Shown piece after piece: positions 9,990 through 19,802 of a stretch of DNA of 64,000 nucleotides. The notes below the pieces were generated by a model. It ran no database searches, was not told the origin of the DNA, and saw only the letters and a list, made by a program, of their open reading frames with translations. The stretch lies in contig CAWGXL010000011.1 in assembly GCA_963826535.1 (NCBI GenBank), positions 128,809-192,808 of the forward strand, written 5' to 3'. The DNA comes from an uncultured bacterium. Lineage in GTDB: Bacteria; Patescibacteriota; Microgenomatia; Levybacterales; UBA12049. Both the position numbers and the translations under genes were made by a program. Each line of letters begins with the position of its first letter. Position 1 is the stretch's first letter.

Positions 9990-10359
9990 TAAGAGCTAGT
10001 AATTTTTGTGCATCAGCCGGATCTACCGATTTTTTTGTTTGCCCTGCTGCTTTTGTTGCCCGCCAAAAGAGATCATGCAACGCAGGAAATTTTATCACAT
10101 GTTCCGGTTTAAAATAGTCTGTCCAAAGTACCCAAAGGTGATGTTTTACCAATTCTGCCCGTTCTTCTTTAATAAGGATTGCGCGTATGCGGAATATTTC
10201 ATCCTTTGATTCCCGATACTTATTCATTGTATTGAGGATGCTTTCAGCTTCAATCTTTGCCTGAGCCGGATCATAAACGCCGCATGGCAAATCACAATGG
10301 GCGTAAGCTGTTTGGGTCGGAAGAAGATTTGCAAGAATCTGATAGAGCGTAAGTCTCAT
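9946..10359 (-). CDS. sodN: nickel-dependent superoxide dismutase precursor
   Basis: Ni-hook HCDLPCGVYDPA after a leader; KHHLWVLWTDYFK. Confidence 0.95.
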   Translation of the reverse strand: MRLTLYQILANLLPTQTAYAHCDLPCGVYDPAQAKIEAESILNTMNKYRESKDEIFRIRAILIKEERAELVKHHLWVLWTDYFKPEHVIKFPALHDLFWRATKAAGQTKKSVDPADAQKLLALIDEIDVVFKKTKSV

Positions 10360-10457
10360 CAAAAAATGATACTATTCTGAAAGACAAAAATCAAGTCGTA
10401 AAATAGTAAGAAGAGCAACATTTGACTTTTATATTAACAATATACTAATGTCATAGT

Positions 10458-11174
10458 ATGAAATATTTGAAACAAACACTTCTAATTTTTGTACTTGTTC
10501 TATTTGGTATTGTAATATATTTTTCTGCTTCACTTGGACTAACAAGTCTTTTTATCTTTCCTATTTTAATTATTTCCGGATATATTATTTATTATTTGCA
10601 TAAACAATTTGAAGAGGATAATAAAAAACAGCTTGAACAGAGTGTAAAGTATGCGATAGAAGACATCGAGGCCGCGGAATGGATTAAAAATTCTCTTATC
10701 CCGCAAACTATAGCGAAAGCCAGGAGAAAACATTGGACCTTAATTATTTATAGTTTTATTTTCGCGGCGGGAATTTATTTTCTATGGAGCTATTTAAATG
10801 CGGACTTGTTAACTGCGATACGTGACCTGATCTTGGCGTGCATTTTATTTTGGTTACTTATATATTATATTTACTCTGCACCATTTATTTTCAACTGGTT
10901 CATACGCTTCCTGCCTGGAAAAATAAAAAAATATAATTTTGGAGATTGGGGAAGGGCTTATTTTTTTCTATTACCGGTTAGTATTATCATTTATTTGCTT
11001 TATCCCATTGAGAGTTTACTTAAGGATTTAGCAGGTAAACTTGTGTCAATTCCTATTTTCTTTCTGATATATACATTTTCATTTCTAAGCCTTTACAGTA
11101 TGATGTATATCTATAAAGATATGCAAAAAGAAGAGAAAAAACAACTTGAAAAGGAAATAAAAGATCTACTTTAA
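10458..11174 (+). CDS. hypothetical membrane protein
   Basis: about 6 hydrophobic segments. Confidence 0.65.
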   Translation: MKYLKQTLLIFVLVLFGIVIYFSASLGLTSLFIFPILIISGYIIYYLHKQFEEDNKKQLEQSVKYAIEDIEAAEWIKNSLIPQTIAKARRKHWTLIIYSFIFAAGIYFLWSYLNADLLTAIRDLILACILFWLLIYYIYSAPFIFNWFIRFLPGKIKKYNFGDWGRAYFFLLPVSIIIYLLYPIESLLKDLAGKLVSIPIFFLIYTFSFLSLYSMMYIYKDMQKEEKKQLEKEIKDLL

Positions 11175-11213
11175 ATGCTTGCCTGTCTGTTGAAAAGTCA
11201 GTTATCAAGCAAA

Positions 11214-12293
11214 TTATATTTTCACTAACTTTTCGCAGAATTGTGCTGCCTTGAGCATATCTGAAATAAGAACATATTCCCGAGATGTATGTGCGTCATA
11301 GTCGCCTATACCCACACAAACTGACTCGATGCCTTGTGCATGAAAGATGTTAACATCTGTTCCACCGCCCATTGATTCCAACTTCGCAGTGAGTCCCATT
11401 TGCTTCAGCACTTTTTTCACGTGTTGTATAACACGATGGTTTTCTTCAAAAAGATAGGGGTTAAATACTCTTTCTATTTTAAGTTCAATTTGTGTTTCAG
11501 GATGTCTTTGCATGACTGCGTTAAATACCTTATCAAAATGGAGAGAGTGTTTTTCCAGTTTCTTAAGATCACGACTGCGAATTTCTGCTTTGAAATGAGC
11601 ACGTTCAGGTACGGCATTACGAGCGCTTCCGCCTTCTATGAGCCCGACGTTGGCAGTCGTTTCATGATCAATCCGCCCGACTTCAAGCTTCGAGATTATC
11701 TCCGCAACTATTTTTATTGCCGAATATCCTTTTTCAGGTTCCACACCGGCATGTGCTCCCCTTCCAATGATTGTGACATCAATACTATTATAACCCGGAG
11801 CGGAATTAACGATGGTGTTAACACTATTAAGTCCATCAAAGGTCACCCCTTGCTTGGCTGTTAATTTACTATAGTCAAGATTCACCGCCCCAAGTAGACC
11901 AATTTCTTCGCTCAGTGTAAAAACAACTTCAATAGGCAGATGTTTGTGCTTTTCTTCTTTTAAAGAGGTAAGCGCTTCTAATATTTCCGCAACCCCGGCT
12001 TTTGCATCTCCGCCAAGAATTGTCCGGCCATCAGATGTAATTTTATCGTCCCGTATAATAGGCTTGATGCCCTTTCCCGGCTCAACAGTATCAAGGTGAG
12101 AATTAAGCATGAATGAATCGCCCACTCCTTTAAATTTGGCAATGATATTTCCATACGAATCAAGTTCTATACTTGCTCCAAGCACTTTTAATCTTCTGAT
12201 TACTTCCTTAACTATCATCTGTTCGTCACCGGATGGACTATCGATTTTTACGAGGTCGATAAATGTCTGCACAAGCCGATCTTTACGTATCAT
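11214..12293 (-). CDS. M20 family peptidase T-like metallopeptidase
   Basis: DSPSGDE, SHLDTV, GGDAKAG, SEEIG, GGGTD, HTSRE. Confidence 0.9.
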   Translation of the reverse strand: MIRKDRLVQTFIDLVKIDSPSGDEQMIVKEVIRRLKVLGASIELDSYGNIIAKFKGVGDSFMLNSHLDTVEPGKGIKPIIRDDKITSDGRTILGGDAKAGVAEILEALTSLKEEKHKHLPIEVVFTLSEEIGLLGAVNLDYSKLTAKQGVTFDGLNSVNTIVNSAPGYNSIDVTIIGRGAHAGVEPEKGYSAIKIVAEIISKLEVGRIDHETTANVGLIEGGSARNAVPERAHFKAEIRSRDLKKLEKHSLHFDKVFNAVMQRHPETQIELKIERVFNPYLFEENHRVIQHVKKVLKQMGLTAKLESMGGGTDVNIFHAQGIESVCVGIGDYDAHTSREYVLISDMLKAAQFCEKLVKI

Positions 12294-12351
12294 AACTTGC
12301 TGTAAGTATGCCAGGATTTAATTGTTACGTCAAGTGAAATAGATTAGTAGA

Positions 12352-13011
12352 TTAATTTTTGTTTCCCGCCAATTGATTGGCAAGTTTATCTGCGCGCGTA
12401 TTGTTTACGTCGCCTGAGTGTCCAATCACCTTTTCAAAATACACTTTTAAATTATAATGCTTAATTAGCGCCTCAATTTTTTGAAAAATTTCTATGTTTT
12501 GTTTAATTTGATTGCTTGGTTTCTTTATATTATTAATTGTAATTTGACTATCCGAATAAATTTTTACTTTTTGGTATTGATTTTTAGCTGCCCAATCTAG
12601 TGCATGAAAAATAGCCAATCCCTCAGCAACATTATTGGTTTGCTTAGTGCCCGGTACCAGTCCTGCTTTTTCGATTACACCAGCAACAAAAGCCCAAGCA
12701 GCCCTAGCATTATGTTGCCCGTTAAAAACACAAGCGCCGTCAGTCCATATCTCAATGTCATACTTATTCCTGTCATTCTGAGGTGTAACAGAAGAATCCT
12801 CTTCAAATAGAGAACGAGATCCTTCGACAAGCTCAGGATGACTCACTACGTTCGTCACTTTAAACTTGTCGTCATGATAAATTTTGTGACAGTAGGGACA
12901 AAAATAATATGCAGTGTAATAATATGGTTGTTTTAACTGCGACGGTTTTTTTTGTGTCTTGCGCTGGATTAACTTACTTCCACAGGTTCTACATCTTTTC
13001 TGCTCTGACAT
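12352..13011 (-). CDS. rnhA: ribonuclease HI with N-terminal Zn-ribbon and palindromic-element linker
   Basis: WTDGAC, TNNVAE, YSDSQ, GHSG...NTRADKLA; N-terminal CRTC...CPYC. Confidence 0.85.
   Translation of the reverse strand: MSEQKRCRTCGSKLIQRKTQKKPSQLKQPYYYTAYYFCPYCHKIYHDDKFKVTNVVSHPELVEGSRSLFEEDSSVTPQNDRNKYDIEIWTDGACVFNGQHNARAAWAFVAGVIEKAGLVPGTKQTNNVAEGLAIFHALDWAAKNQYQKVKIYSDSQITINNIKKPSNQIKQNIEIFQKIEALIKHYNLKVYFEKVIGHSGDVNNTRADKLANQLAGNKN
12772..12842. repeat. palindromic element inserted in-frame in rnhA
   Basis: GTCATTCTGAG...CTCAGGATGAC inverted ends like the intergenic elements. Confidence 0.8.
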
Positions 13012-13089
13012 AATAAGGCTATTATAGCATCTATGTTAAATAATAAACTTCTACAGTGAAGATTATATGGTCCAGGAGAATGGAGAAAG

Positions 13090-14562
13090 TTAAGATGACT
13101 TTTTTTGTACTTGGAGATGTTTAGTAAGTATTAAGCGCGCAGTGTCGTCAAGGTCAGAACGTTCTTGTGCCTCTAATAGAATTTCTTTTGATCGTTTAGA
13201 GTCCTCGAGTTGCGATATTGCAAGAATTGCTTCTATTTGAACCTCAGCAGATTTTTCTTCAAGAAGTGTCGTTCTTATAGCCTCAATTGCTTCTTTATTA
13301 CTCATGTAAAACAGCGACGCGACAGCTACTGCTCGAACGTGTTTACTTTCGTCTGTTTTCATTGAATCGATTAAGACTGCCGTAATAGCAGGGTGGGGAT
13401 GTGTCGCTAGCTCTTTAATAGCGGCTACACGTATGGAAACTCTGTTGTTTTTCAAATCTATATACAACTTTGCTAGTTCAGGGACTGATTTTATTTCTGA
13501 TTCTTTGTTGAATTTTTCTGCAACCTTGTTAATAAACTTTTCGATTGAATTCCGTATGTTTTCATCATTATTTTCTTCAATAGTGTTTATTTCTGCCATG
13601 AACTCTTTCAGGGCGGTGCCTCCCAGTGTTAATAGTTCCGAGAAGCCGATATCCAATGGATGGGTTCTTTCCGGCGTATTAAGAATGTTGATATTTTTGC
13701 TTGCGTTTGGAGAAACGATAATAACGCGCATATTTTTCAGTCGATTTGTAATCTGAGCTTTGATATGTAGGTCTCTCAAGCTATTGCCGGCAATGATTAA
13801 GATCTTTGTTTCCCTCAAAACATCACCAAATAAGGAGCTCAGTTGAGAATAAGGATCTCCAAAAATCTCTTTTTCTAGAGTAGGAATAATCATAAGAGGC
13901 TTCAGAACTTGGTCGTTTCTCGTTAAGTGAAAATCATAAGCAGGTAATGAGTATCCACGATCAAGCCGGTGAAATACTTTACCAGTGGCATCTACATACC
14001 AGTTCACAGATCCATGCAATTTTATTATGCGTAGTGCTTCGGCAAAAGTACCCTCCCAATTTGCTACCGTCTGACTACCTTCAGTTTTGAAACCATCAGA
14101 GTAAGGTAGCTTCAGCTGTTCGCTAACATATTCAAGAATTCTATCATAGTTTGTTGTGAAAACGTGCATTGGTGCTACCTTACTTAATTCTAGAATTATC
14201 TTGAACTCTCTTTGAGCTTTTGGTCTGTCAAATCGTTCACATGTGTCCACAATAAAAGCATCAAGGTAGCCCCGGAGCTGACGTGCTGTCTCTAACTTTT
14301 TCTTTATGTGATCTGTTTCAGTTACTCCAAGTAATACCATGCCCTCCGTTCCGGTTGTGATAACTTGTAAATCTGCCAAAAGGGTTTCGAGATCATTATC
14401 TCTTTTGCCACCAGATATTTCTAACTCCTTAAGAAATGCAAAGCATCCCGGATGCCGACTTTCAAGATAATCTCTAAATTGCGCATAGAATCCAGCCATC
14501 ATTGGTACACTATATGGCGACGATGCTCCTGCTCCAAGGAGAAAGGATATTGGATAGGTCAT
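13090..14562 (-). CDS. SIR2-like (SIR2_2-type) NADase domain fused to C-terminal HEAT repeats
   Basis: LLGAGAS, FTTNYD, IKLHGS, AGNSLRD; repeats IRVAAIKEL / VRAVAVASL / VQIEAILAI. Confidence 0.85.
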   Translation of the reverse strand: MTYPISFLLGAGASSPYSVPMMAGFYAQFRDYLESRHPGCFAFLKELEISGGKRDNDLETLLADLQVITTGTEGMVLLGVTETDHIKKKLETARQLRGYLDAFIVDTCERFDRPKAQREFKIILELSKVAPMHVFTTNYDRILEYVSEQLKLPYSDGFKTEGSQTVANWEGTFAEALRIIKLHGSVNWYVDATGKVFHRLDRGYSLPAYDFHLTRNDQVLKPLMIIPTLEKEIFGDPYSQLSSLFGDVLRETKILIIAGNSLRDLHIKAQITNRLKNMRVIIVSPNASKNINILNTPERTHPLDIGFSELLTLGGTALKEFMAEINTIEENNDENIRNSIEKFINKVAEKFNKESEIKSVPELAKLYIDLKNNRVSIRVAAIKELATHPHPAITAVLIDSMKTDESKHVRAVAVASLFYMSNKEAIEAIRTTLLEEKSAEVQIEAILAISQLEDSKRSKEILLEAQERSDLDDTARLILTKHLQVQKKSS

Positions 14563-16436
14563 TCTTTCCTCTCCTCCTTTTTTATCAGTTCGTCAATCTT
14601 ATTTTTCAAGAATTCCTTCAAGAGAGGACTAGTTGAGAGCTGTGCTTTTTCATGAAGTTCCGGGTCAGTCAGCAACTTTTTGATCTTCCTCTGAGCAGAT
14701 ACAGTCCCATAAGCACTATCAAGATCTAGGTAGACCTGAAGTAATTGTCTTCTGACAGGATTACCTGCTACTTCAGGAATTATTTTCAGAATTTCTTGGA
14801 CTTCTTTGCTCGAAAAATTCATCAATTTTCCTCCTACATCTCTTATGACACGATCAGTGGTGTCTGGAAGATCAACCAGCTTAAACTCCTGTTCAAGTCC
14901 TAATAGCAGACTGAATAATTCGCTTTCCGCTATTGGTTCGAGCATAACTTCTTCCAAAGTTGCTTCATCAACGTGAATCCATCTGTATGAGTTTTTGCTA
15001 CATTCTTGGGATAAAATATCAGCTTCATGAAAGTTGACATTCTGTGTTTGTCCGTTGATCTCTACAGGAAAAGTTCTGTTCTGACATCGAATCACGAGTT
15101 CTCCTCTTAAGAGGAGATGTGCTATTCTTATATCTCTTGTTTGGACAGATTCTGTAATTTGTGCTGAACTGCTGCCTTGTTGAATCGATTGTTGGAATTG
15201 CTTCACTGCTTCTTCCTCTCTTACATAGTATAATCTTTTCGTATCCTTTGCCTTATCGATAATTGCTTTGACTGATAATCTTTTGTCAACTCCCAACTCC
15301 CTTACTCGTATCACTTTGGGTAACAAATTCTCGAGTTTTTGCAGGATATCGTTATCAAGGATTGATTTGGTTTGTCCGTAGTAAAGAATTGCAACATATT
15401 TGTCTATTTGGCCCATATCTACGCCTTTTGGGTCGTCTTCCAACGACTTTTCTATTTCACCAATTTTTTTTCTGACCAGTTGATTATAAAAACTTAGAAG
15501 ACGTTTCCCCAATTCCTGCCACTTATCATCGGGCTGGAATCCATCTCTACTCATCAAGATATTCAGTCCTCCAGGAAGAACGTCAATTTCGCCAATATAT
15601 CCTACTGCATGTTGGGAAATAAGAGTCTTATCATTATCTAATACCAGAAAGCCACCATTGCAAATGGTAAGGCTGCTCTGGATTGTCGCGCCGGCACTCT
15701 CCCATGTGTTATCAAGTGCAAGGAATCCTGATATTACGGAGGAATCTTTCACTTCAATTGCTCCTTCGATATTCGCGCCTTTCCATTTTTCAGTAACCTT
15801 CTTTTTCTCTTGCGTATCTACTTTTTCTATTTCGATAAACGATGCGTGTCTAGCATATTGTTCTACAGCATCAGAAACTTGATTGGCATTCATTGCCCCG
15901 CTAGGCTTCAATAAGAGCTTTACGGAAGTTCCACGGAGAGTGGGAATATCGGTAATTTCCACAAACTTTTCTTTTGGACCCATAACAGCAAATGCGATTC
16001 CAGTTTCTTCCTCCATTTTAGTTTTTACCTCAACTCTGTCAGCAACTCCAAAGCAACTCAAAATCCCGATCCCGAATTTTCCGATTTGGAAGTTTTTATT
16101 TCCAGACTGTTTAAGAAGTGCTTGTATATGAGGGACATCTTGTTTGGATGCTCCGACTGTAGCAAAGCTTTTTTGCAAGGATTCTTTGTTCATTCCTAGA
16201 CCATCATCGGTAATCTCAACCCAGTTTTCAGCAACAGAATAGCGTACTAAAATATTCGGAGAATAAGATGGATACTTGATTTTTTGAAGGCTGCATGCAT
16301 CCTCGGCATTTTGTAAAAGCTCCCGTATTGCAGTATATGCGGATTTATAGAGGTTATTTCCAATCAGGAGATCAAAGACATTATCATGGAGAGTAAAACG
16401 CATATCTTTCATAATATTATGGGAGGCTAGTTTCAT
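14559..16436 (-). CDS. Hsp90/HtpG-like GHKL ATPase with divergent C-terminal half
   Basis: IRELLQNAEDA, ITDDGLGM, IGKFGIG, GTSVKL; middle-domain LMSRDG motif. Confidence 0.85.
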   Translation of the reverse strand: MKLASHNIMKDMRFTLHDNVFDLLIGNNLYKSAYTAIRELLQNAEDACSLQKIKYPSYSPNILVRYSVAENWVEITDDGLGMNKESLQKSFATVGASKQDVPHIQALLKQSGNKNFQIGKFGIGILSCFGVADRVEVKTKMEEETGIAFAVMGPKEKFVEITDIPTLRGTSVKLLLKPSGAMNANQVSDAVEQYARHASFIEIEKVDTQEKKKVTEKWKGANIEGAIEVKDSSVISGFLALDNTWESAGATIQSSLTICNGGFLVLDNDKTLISQHAVGYIGEIDVLPGGLNILMSRDGFQPDDKWQELGKRLLSFYNQLVRKKIGEIEKSLEDDPKGVDMGQIDKYVAILYYGQTKSILDNDILQKLENLLPKVIRVRELGVDKRLSVKAIIDKAKDTKRLYYVREEEAVKQFQQSIQQGSSSAQITESVQTRDIRIAHLLLRGELVIRCQNRTFPVEINGQTQNVNFHEADILSQECSKNSYRWIHVDEATLEEVMLEPIAESELFSLLLGLEQEFKLVDLPDTTDRVIRDVGGKLMNFSSKEVQEILKIIPEVAGNPVRRQLLQVYLDLDSAYGTVSAQRKIKKLLTDPELHEKAQLSTSPLLKEFLKNKIDELIKKEERKE

Positions 16437-16738
16437 ATTGAGCTTTTTGTAGTGCTAATTTTAGCACTTTATGCTCATGATTGATAGTTACCGGCTGATT
16501 CTAAATTCGGATAAAAGGAGAGAAGGTAAAATAGTCGTCAGGCTTAAAATTTGAGAAAATAGTTTCGGACTTCTGTAAGTCCTTAGGATAGTTAAGCAAT
16601 CAATCCAACATCCAACATCATTAGTAAAATTAAGTGAGTTTTCTTCGGGAGAAAGAAAAAGCGGAAAGCTGAACTACTTGGGGGGCGTAAATTGCTCAGG
16701 TAGTTGCAAAAGTTTGAAAAAAAGTTTATTATTTAAAT

Positions 16739-17179
16739 ATGGAGACAGGAAATTTTTTTCAAGTTCCGGTTAATTATTTTGCGGTTTTGTTGTGCGCTAT
16801 TGCAAGTATGGTGATAGGCTTTCTTTGGTATGGTCCGCTTTTTGGAAAACAATGGATGAAATTAGTTGGAATGACAGCCCAACATATGGCAAAAGCCAAA
16901 AAAGACATGCCTCAAACATATACGATAATGTTTATTTCCTCTCTTGTTATGGCTTATGTGCTTTTCCACTTTATATGGTATGCAGCGCCGGGAAACTACA
17001 CTCTCTTAATTTCAGTTAAAACCGCGATTTGGGCATGGCTTGGATTTGTTGCTACAGTGAGTTTGACAAAATTCTTATTCTCGCCTGAAAGAAAGTCAGT
17101 TAAACTTCTATTTATTGAAACGGGTTTTCATTTAGTAACTCTTATTGCGATGGGTATAATTTTTTATCTCCTCAAATAA
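16739..17179 (+). CDS. DUF1761 membrane protein
   Basis: GFLWYGPLFGKQWMKL; 4 TM. Confidence 0.85.
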   Translation: METGNFFQVPVNYFAVLLCAIASMVIGFLWYGPLFGKQWMKLVGMTAQHMAKAKKDMPQTYTIMFISSLVMAYVLFHFIWYAAPGNYTLLISVKTAIWAWLGFVATVSLTKFLFSPERKSVKLLFIETGFHLVTLIAMGIIFYLLK

Positions 17180-17212
17180 CTACTTTCCTATCTAAATCTA
17201 AAAAAGGCAAGT

Positions 17213-17584
17213 TTACTTTTTGTCGTAGTCGTAAAATACCACTTCTATATTGTGGTCATCGGGGTCATAGACAAAAGCGGCGTAATATCCGGGCCAATAT
17301 TCTTTGCGATATCCAGGCGCTCCGTTGTCGCGGGCTCCTGCTAAAAGAGCAGCTTTATAAAAATCCTTTACTTCCTTTTTGTTTTTTGCTTCAAAGGCAA
17401 CGTGTGACTTTGTTACCCCTTCTTTAATTCCGTGGATCCATAAGTCTGTATTTTTCCCGTCATTGAAACCTGCAGCCTCACCAAACTCCATCTTCTTTGT
17501 ATAACCCAAAGTCGCTAATGTTTTGGTATAAAAAGCTTTTGATTTTTTATAATTACTTACGGGGAGGGATGTGTGCGCGATCAT
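17213..17584 (-). CDS. VOC/glyoxalase family protein
   Basis: HVAFEA, DNGAPGYR, YYAAFVYDPDDHNIE. Confidence 0.9.
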   Translation of the reverse strand: MIAHTSLPVSNYKKSKAFYTKTLATLGYTKKMEFGEAAGFNDGKNTDLWIHGIKEGVTKSHVAFEAKNKKEVKDFYKAALLAGARDNGAPGYRKEYWPGYYAAFVYDPDDHNIEVVFYDYDKK

Positions 17585-17665
17585 AATCGCATATTAGCAG
17601 ATCAAAAGTTAAATTTCCAGTAAGAATAATTCTACTGCCTAAATGTGAACTACATTGACCAGACC

Positions 17666-17986
17666 TCATGCCTTCTGAGATCTATGTAACCAGTTGTTAC
17701 TTATTTTATCGTTATGGCAAAATATAAGATTCTCTTTTTCTATGTGGCTCATCTGCTTTATTTCCTCTTCCCGCTGACATGCCAATTCATTAGTTAAGTA
17801 TTTTTCATAAATCATAAGCTTCACGGGCCGCCTTGCGCGAGTGTATTTAGCACCATTTACCAGTTTACCATTGTGCTGCAGTAATCTTTTCGGTAAGTCA
17901 ATCGTTTTGCCTGTATAATATGTCCCATCAGCACACCTCACAATATAAACAAAATATTTTTTAGAAACGAAGTCAGACTGACTCAT
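17666..17986 (-). CDS. GIY-YIG nuclease (UPF0213-like)
   Basis: [32 protein letters not shown]. Confidence 0.88.
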   Translation of the reverse strand: MSQSDFVSKKYFVYIVRCADGTYYTGKTIDLPKRLLQHNGKLVNGAKYTRARRPVKLMIYEKYLTNELACQREEEIKQMSHIEKENLIFCHNDKISNNWLHRSQKA

Positions 17987-18087
17987 ATTATTATGGTAAA
18001 GCAAAAAAGAACAAATGCCAATAGGCTAATATCTAATTAATACTTTCACTTTTATTCGAAAATTAATATGCTATACTCTATTTTATT

Positions 18088-18516
18088 ATGGGAGAAAATT
18101 TAATTGCAAAAAGTTCAATCGTGATAAATGCTCCGGTTGCAAAAGTTTGGGATGCTCTGGTAAATCCCGATATGATTAAGCAATATATGTTCGGAACCAA
18201 TGTTGTCTCAGATTGGAAGGCGCGCAGTCCGGTTGTTTGGAAAGGTGTTTGGAAAGGTAAAGCGTATGAGGACAAAGGTGTGATTCTCAAAATAGAGCCG
18301 GAGAAAAAACTTCAATATACGCATTTCAGCCCGCTTTCAGGCGCTTCTGATATTCCTGAAAACTATCATACCCTGACCTATGAATTGAAAGAGCAAGGAG
18401 ACAATATGCAAGTAATACTATCTCAAGATAATAATTCAAGCGAAAAGGAGCGGGAGCATTCGCAAAAAATGTGGGCTAGTATGTTGGAAGGCTTAAAGAA
18501 AGTTTTGGAAAAGTGA
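18088..18516 (+). CDS. SRPBCC (AHSA1-like) domain protein
   Basis: INAPVAKVWDAL, YEDKGVIL, WASMLEGLKKVLE. Confidence 0.85.
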   Translation: MGENLIAKSSIVINAPVAKVWDALVNPDMIKQYMFGTNVVSDWKARSPVVWKGVWKGKAYEDKGVILKIEPEKKLQYTHFSPLSGASDIPENYHTLTYELKEQGDNMQVILSQDNNSSEKEREHSQKMWASMLEGLKKVLEK

Positions 18517-18545
18517 ATCTATTCACAATAAAAAAATAAACAACT

Positions 18546-19280
18546 ATGAGTACCAAGAAAAAATGGAATTTTAGCGGGTTAAAAGCGCTTTTTATCAATT
18601 GCACACTTACGAAGTCGCCAGAACCAAGCCACACAGAACGGCTTATCAAAGTTAGTCGTAAGATTATGGATAAGCGAGGCGCGAAGACCGAGCTCATCCG
18701 CGCGATTGACCGCGATATTGCGACTGGGGTTTACCCAGACATGCGGGAACATGGATGGAAGACAGACGAGTGGCCAGGGATTTATAAGAAGAAAGTGATG
18801 GCGGCAGATATACTTGTTCTTTGCGGGCCGATTTGGCTTGGCGACAATAGTTCACAGATGAAAAAGATCATTGAGCGTCTATACTCTTGTTCCGGTCTTC
18901 TTAATGATAAAGGACAATATGCATATTATGGAAAAGTTGGTGGAGCAATTATTACCGGCAACGAGGATGGAATAAAACACTGCACAATGAATATTCTTTA
19001 TAGCTTGCAGCATATCGGCTACACCATCCCACCGCAAGCCGATGCCGGATGGATCGGGGAAGCAGGGCCGGGTGCAAGTTATGGGGACCGCGATAAAGAC
19101 GGCACCATTGCTGGCATAAATAATGACTTTACAAACCGTAACACTACCTTTATGACTTGGAACTTAATGCATTTGGCTAAAATGCTTAAAGATAATGGAG
19201 GCATACCGGCATACGGTAACCAGCGAAGCGAATGGGATGCAGGAGCCAGATTTGATTTTGAGAATCCAGAGTACCGATAG
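18546..19280 (+). CDS. flavodoxin-fold / NADPH-dependent FMN reductase family protein
   Basis: NCTL...SHT, GPIWLG, TGNEDG, WNLMHLA. Confidence 0.85.
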   Translation: MSTKKKWNFSGLKALFINCTLTKSPEPSHTERLIKVSRKIMDKRGAKTELIRAIDRDIATGVYPDMREHGWKTDEWPGIYKKKVMAADILVLCGPIWLGDNSSQMKKIIERLYSCSGLLNDKGQYAYYGKVGGAIITGNEDGIKHCTMNILYSLQHIGYTIPPQADAGWIGEAGPGASYGDRDKDGTIAGINNDFTNRNTTFMTWNLMHLAKMLKDNGGIPAYGNQRSEWDAGARFDFENPEYR

Positions 19281-19301
19281 AGCCTTATCAATTTACACCC
19301 T

Positions 19302-19583
19302 TCAGTGAAAACTGTGGTGTTTGCGGTAGAGAAAGTGTTGGACCAGCGTAATTCCCCACATTATAACTCCTGCTGTAAAAGAGATGAGTGGAAGATACGC
19401 GCCTGTTGCGATAAAGAAACCAATTTGAGATATATAAAATCCTAATGCAATTAATATTGTAAGTAGAGGTTGACCGGAGCGTTTTTCACGATAATTTTTG
19501 GCAATTTGAGCAGGAATTCCAACTAACACTAAAGCCAGAGAAAAAACACTGACTAAAATACTTAATAGAAAAACTAAATCCAC
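19302..19583 (-). CDS. PQ-loop / SemiSWEET-like 3-TM protein
   Basis: GIPAQIAKNYREK motif; three hydrophobic segments. Confidence 0.65.
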   Translation of the reverse strand: MDLVFLLSILVSVFSLALVLVGIPAQIAKNYREKRSGQPLLTILIALGFYISQIGFFIATGAYLPLISFTAGVIMWGITLVQHFLYRKHHSFH

Positions 19584-19802
19584 GACACATATGATTTTAG
19601 CACGTTTTTAAGCGGTTGGGTCATGCAGATCTACATCTTGCTGCATTTTATATTAACTACTTTGACACACCGAAATTTAGAGTGATTGAACATTTCAAAA
19701 TAGATTAAAAATAATTGCTAAGCCGGGTCGAACTGAAGTCGGATGAAATATAAAGTAATTTTACTCTAAAGTCGAATATTATTTGATATAATAACTTTAT
19801 AT

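Noticed and set aside
14559-16436. Calling the ATPase housekeeping htpG
   Set aside because: C-terminal half is unlike HtpG and the gene is coupled to a SIR2 gene; symbol withheld pending phylogeny
16451-16468. Canonical CIRCE element
   Set aside because: CIRCE is TTAGCACTC-N9-GAGTGCTAA; here the halves are reversed with a 2-nt spacer
17666-17986. GIY-YIG gene as mobiliser of the hairpin elements
   Set aside because: No such hairpins flank this gene; it looks like an ordinary UPF0213 protein
18088-18516. AHSA1-like gene as co-chaperone of the Hsp90-like ATPase
   Set aside because: SRPBCC proteins are common ligand-binding proteins; it is on the opposite strand and three genes away
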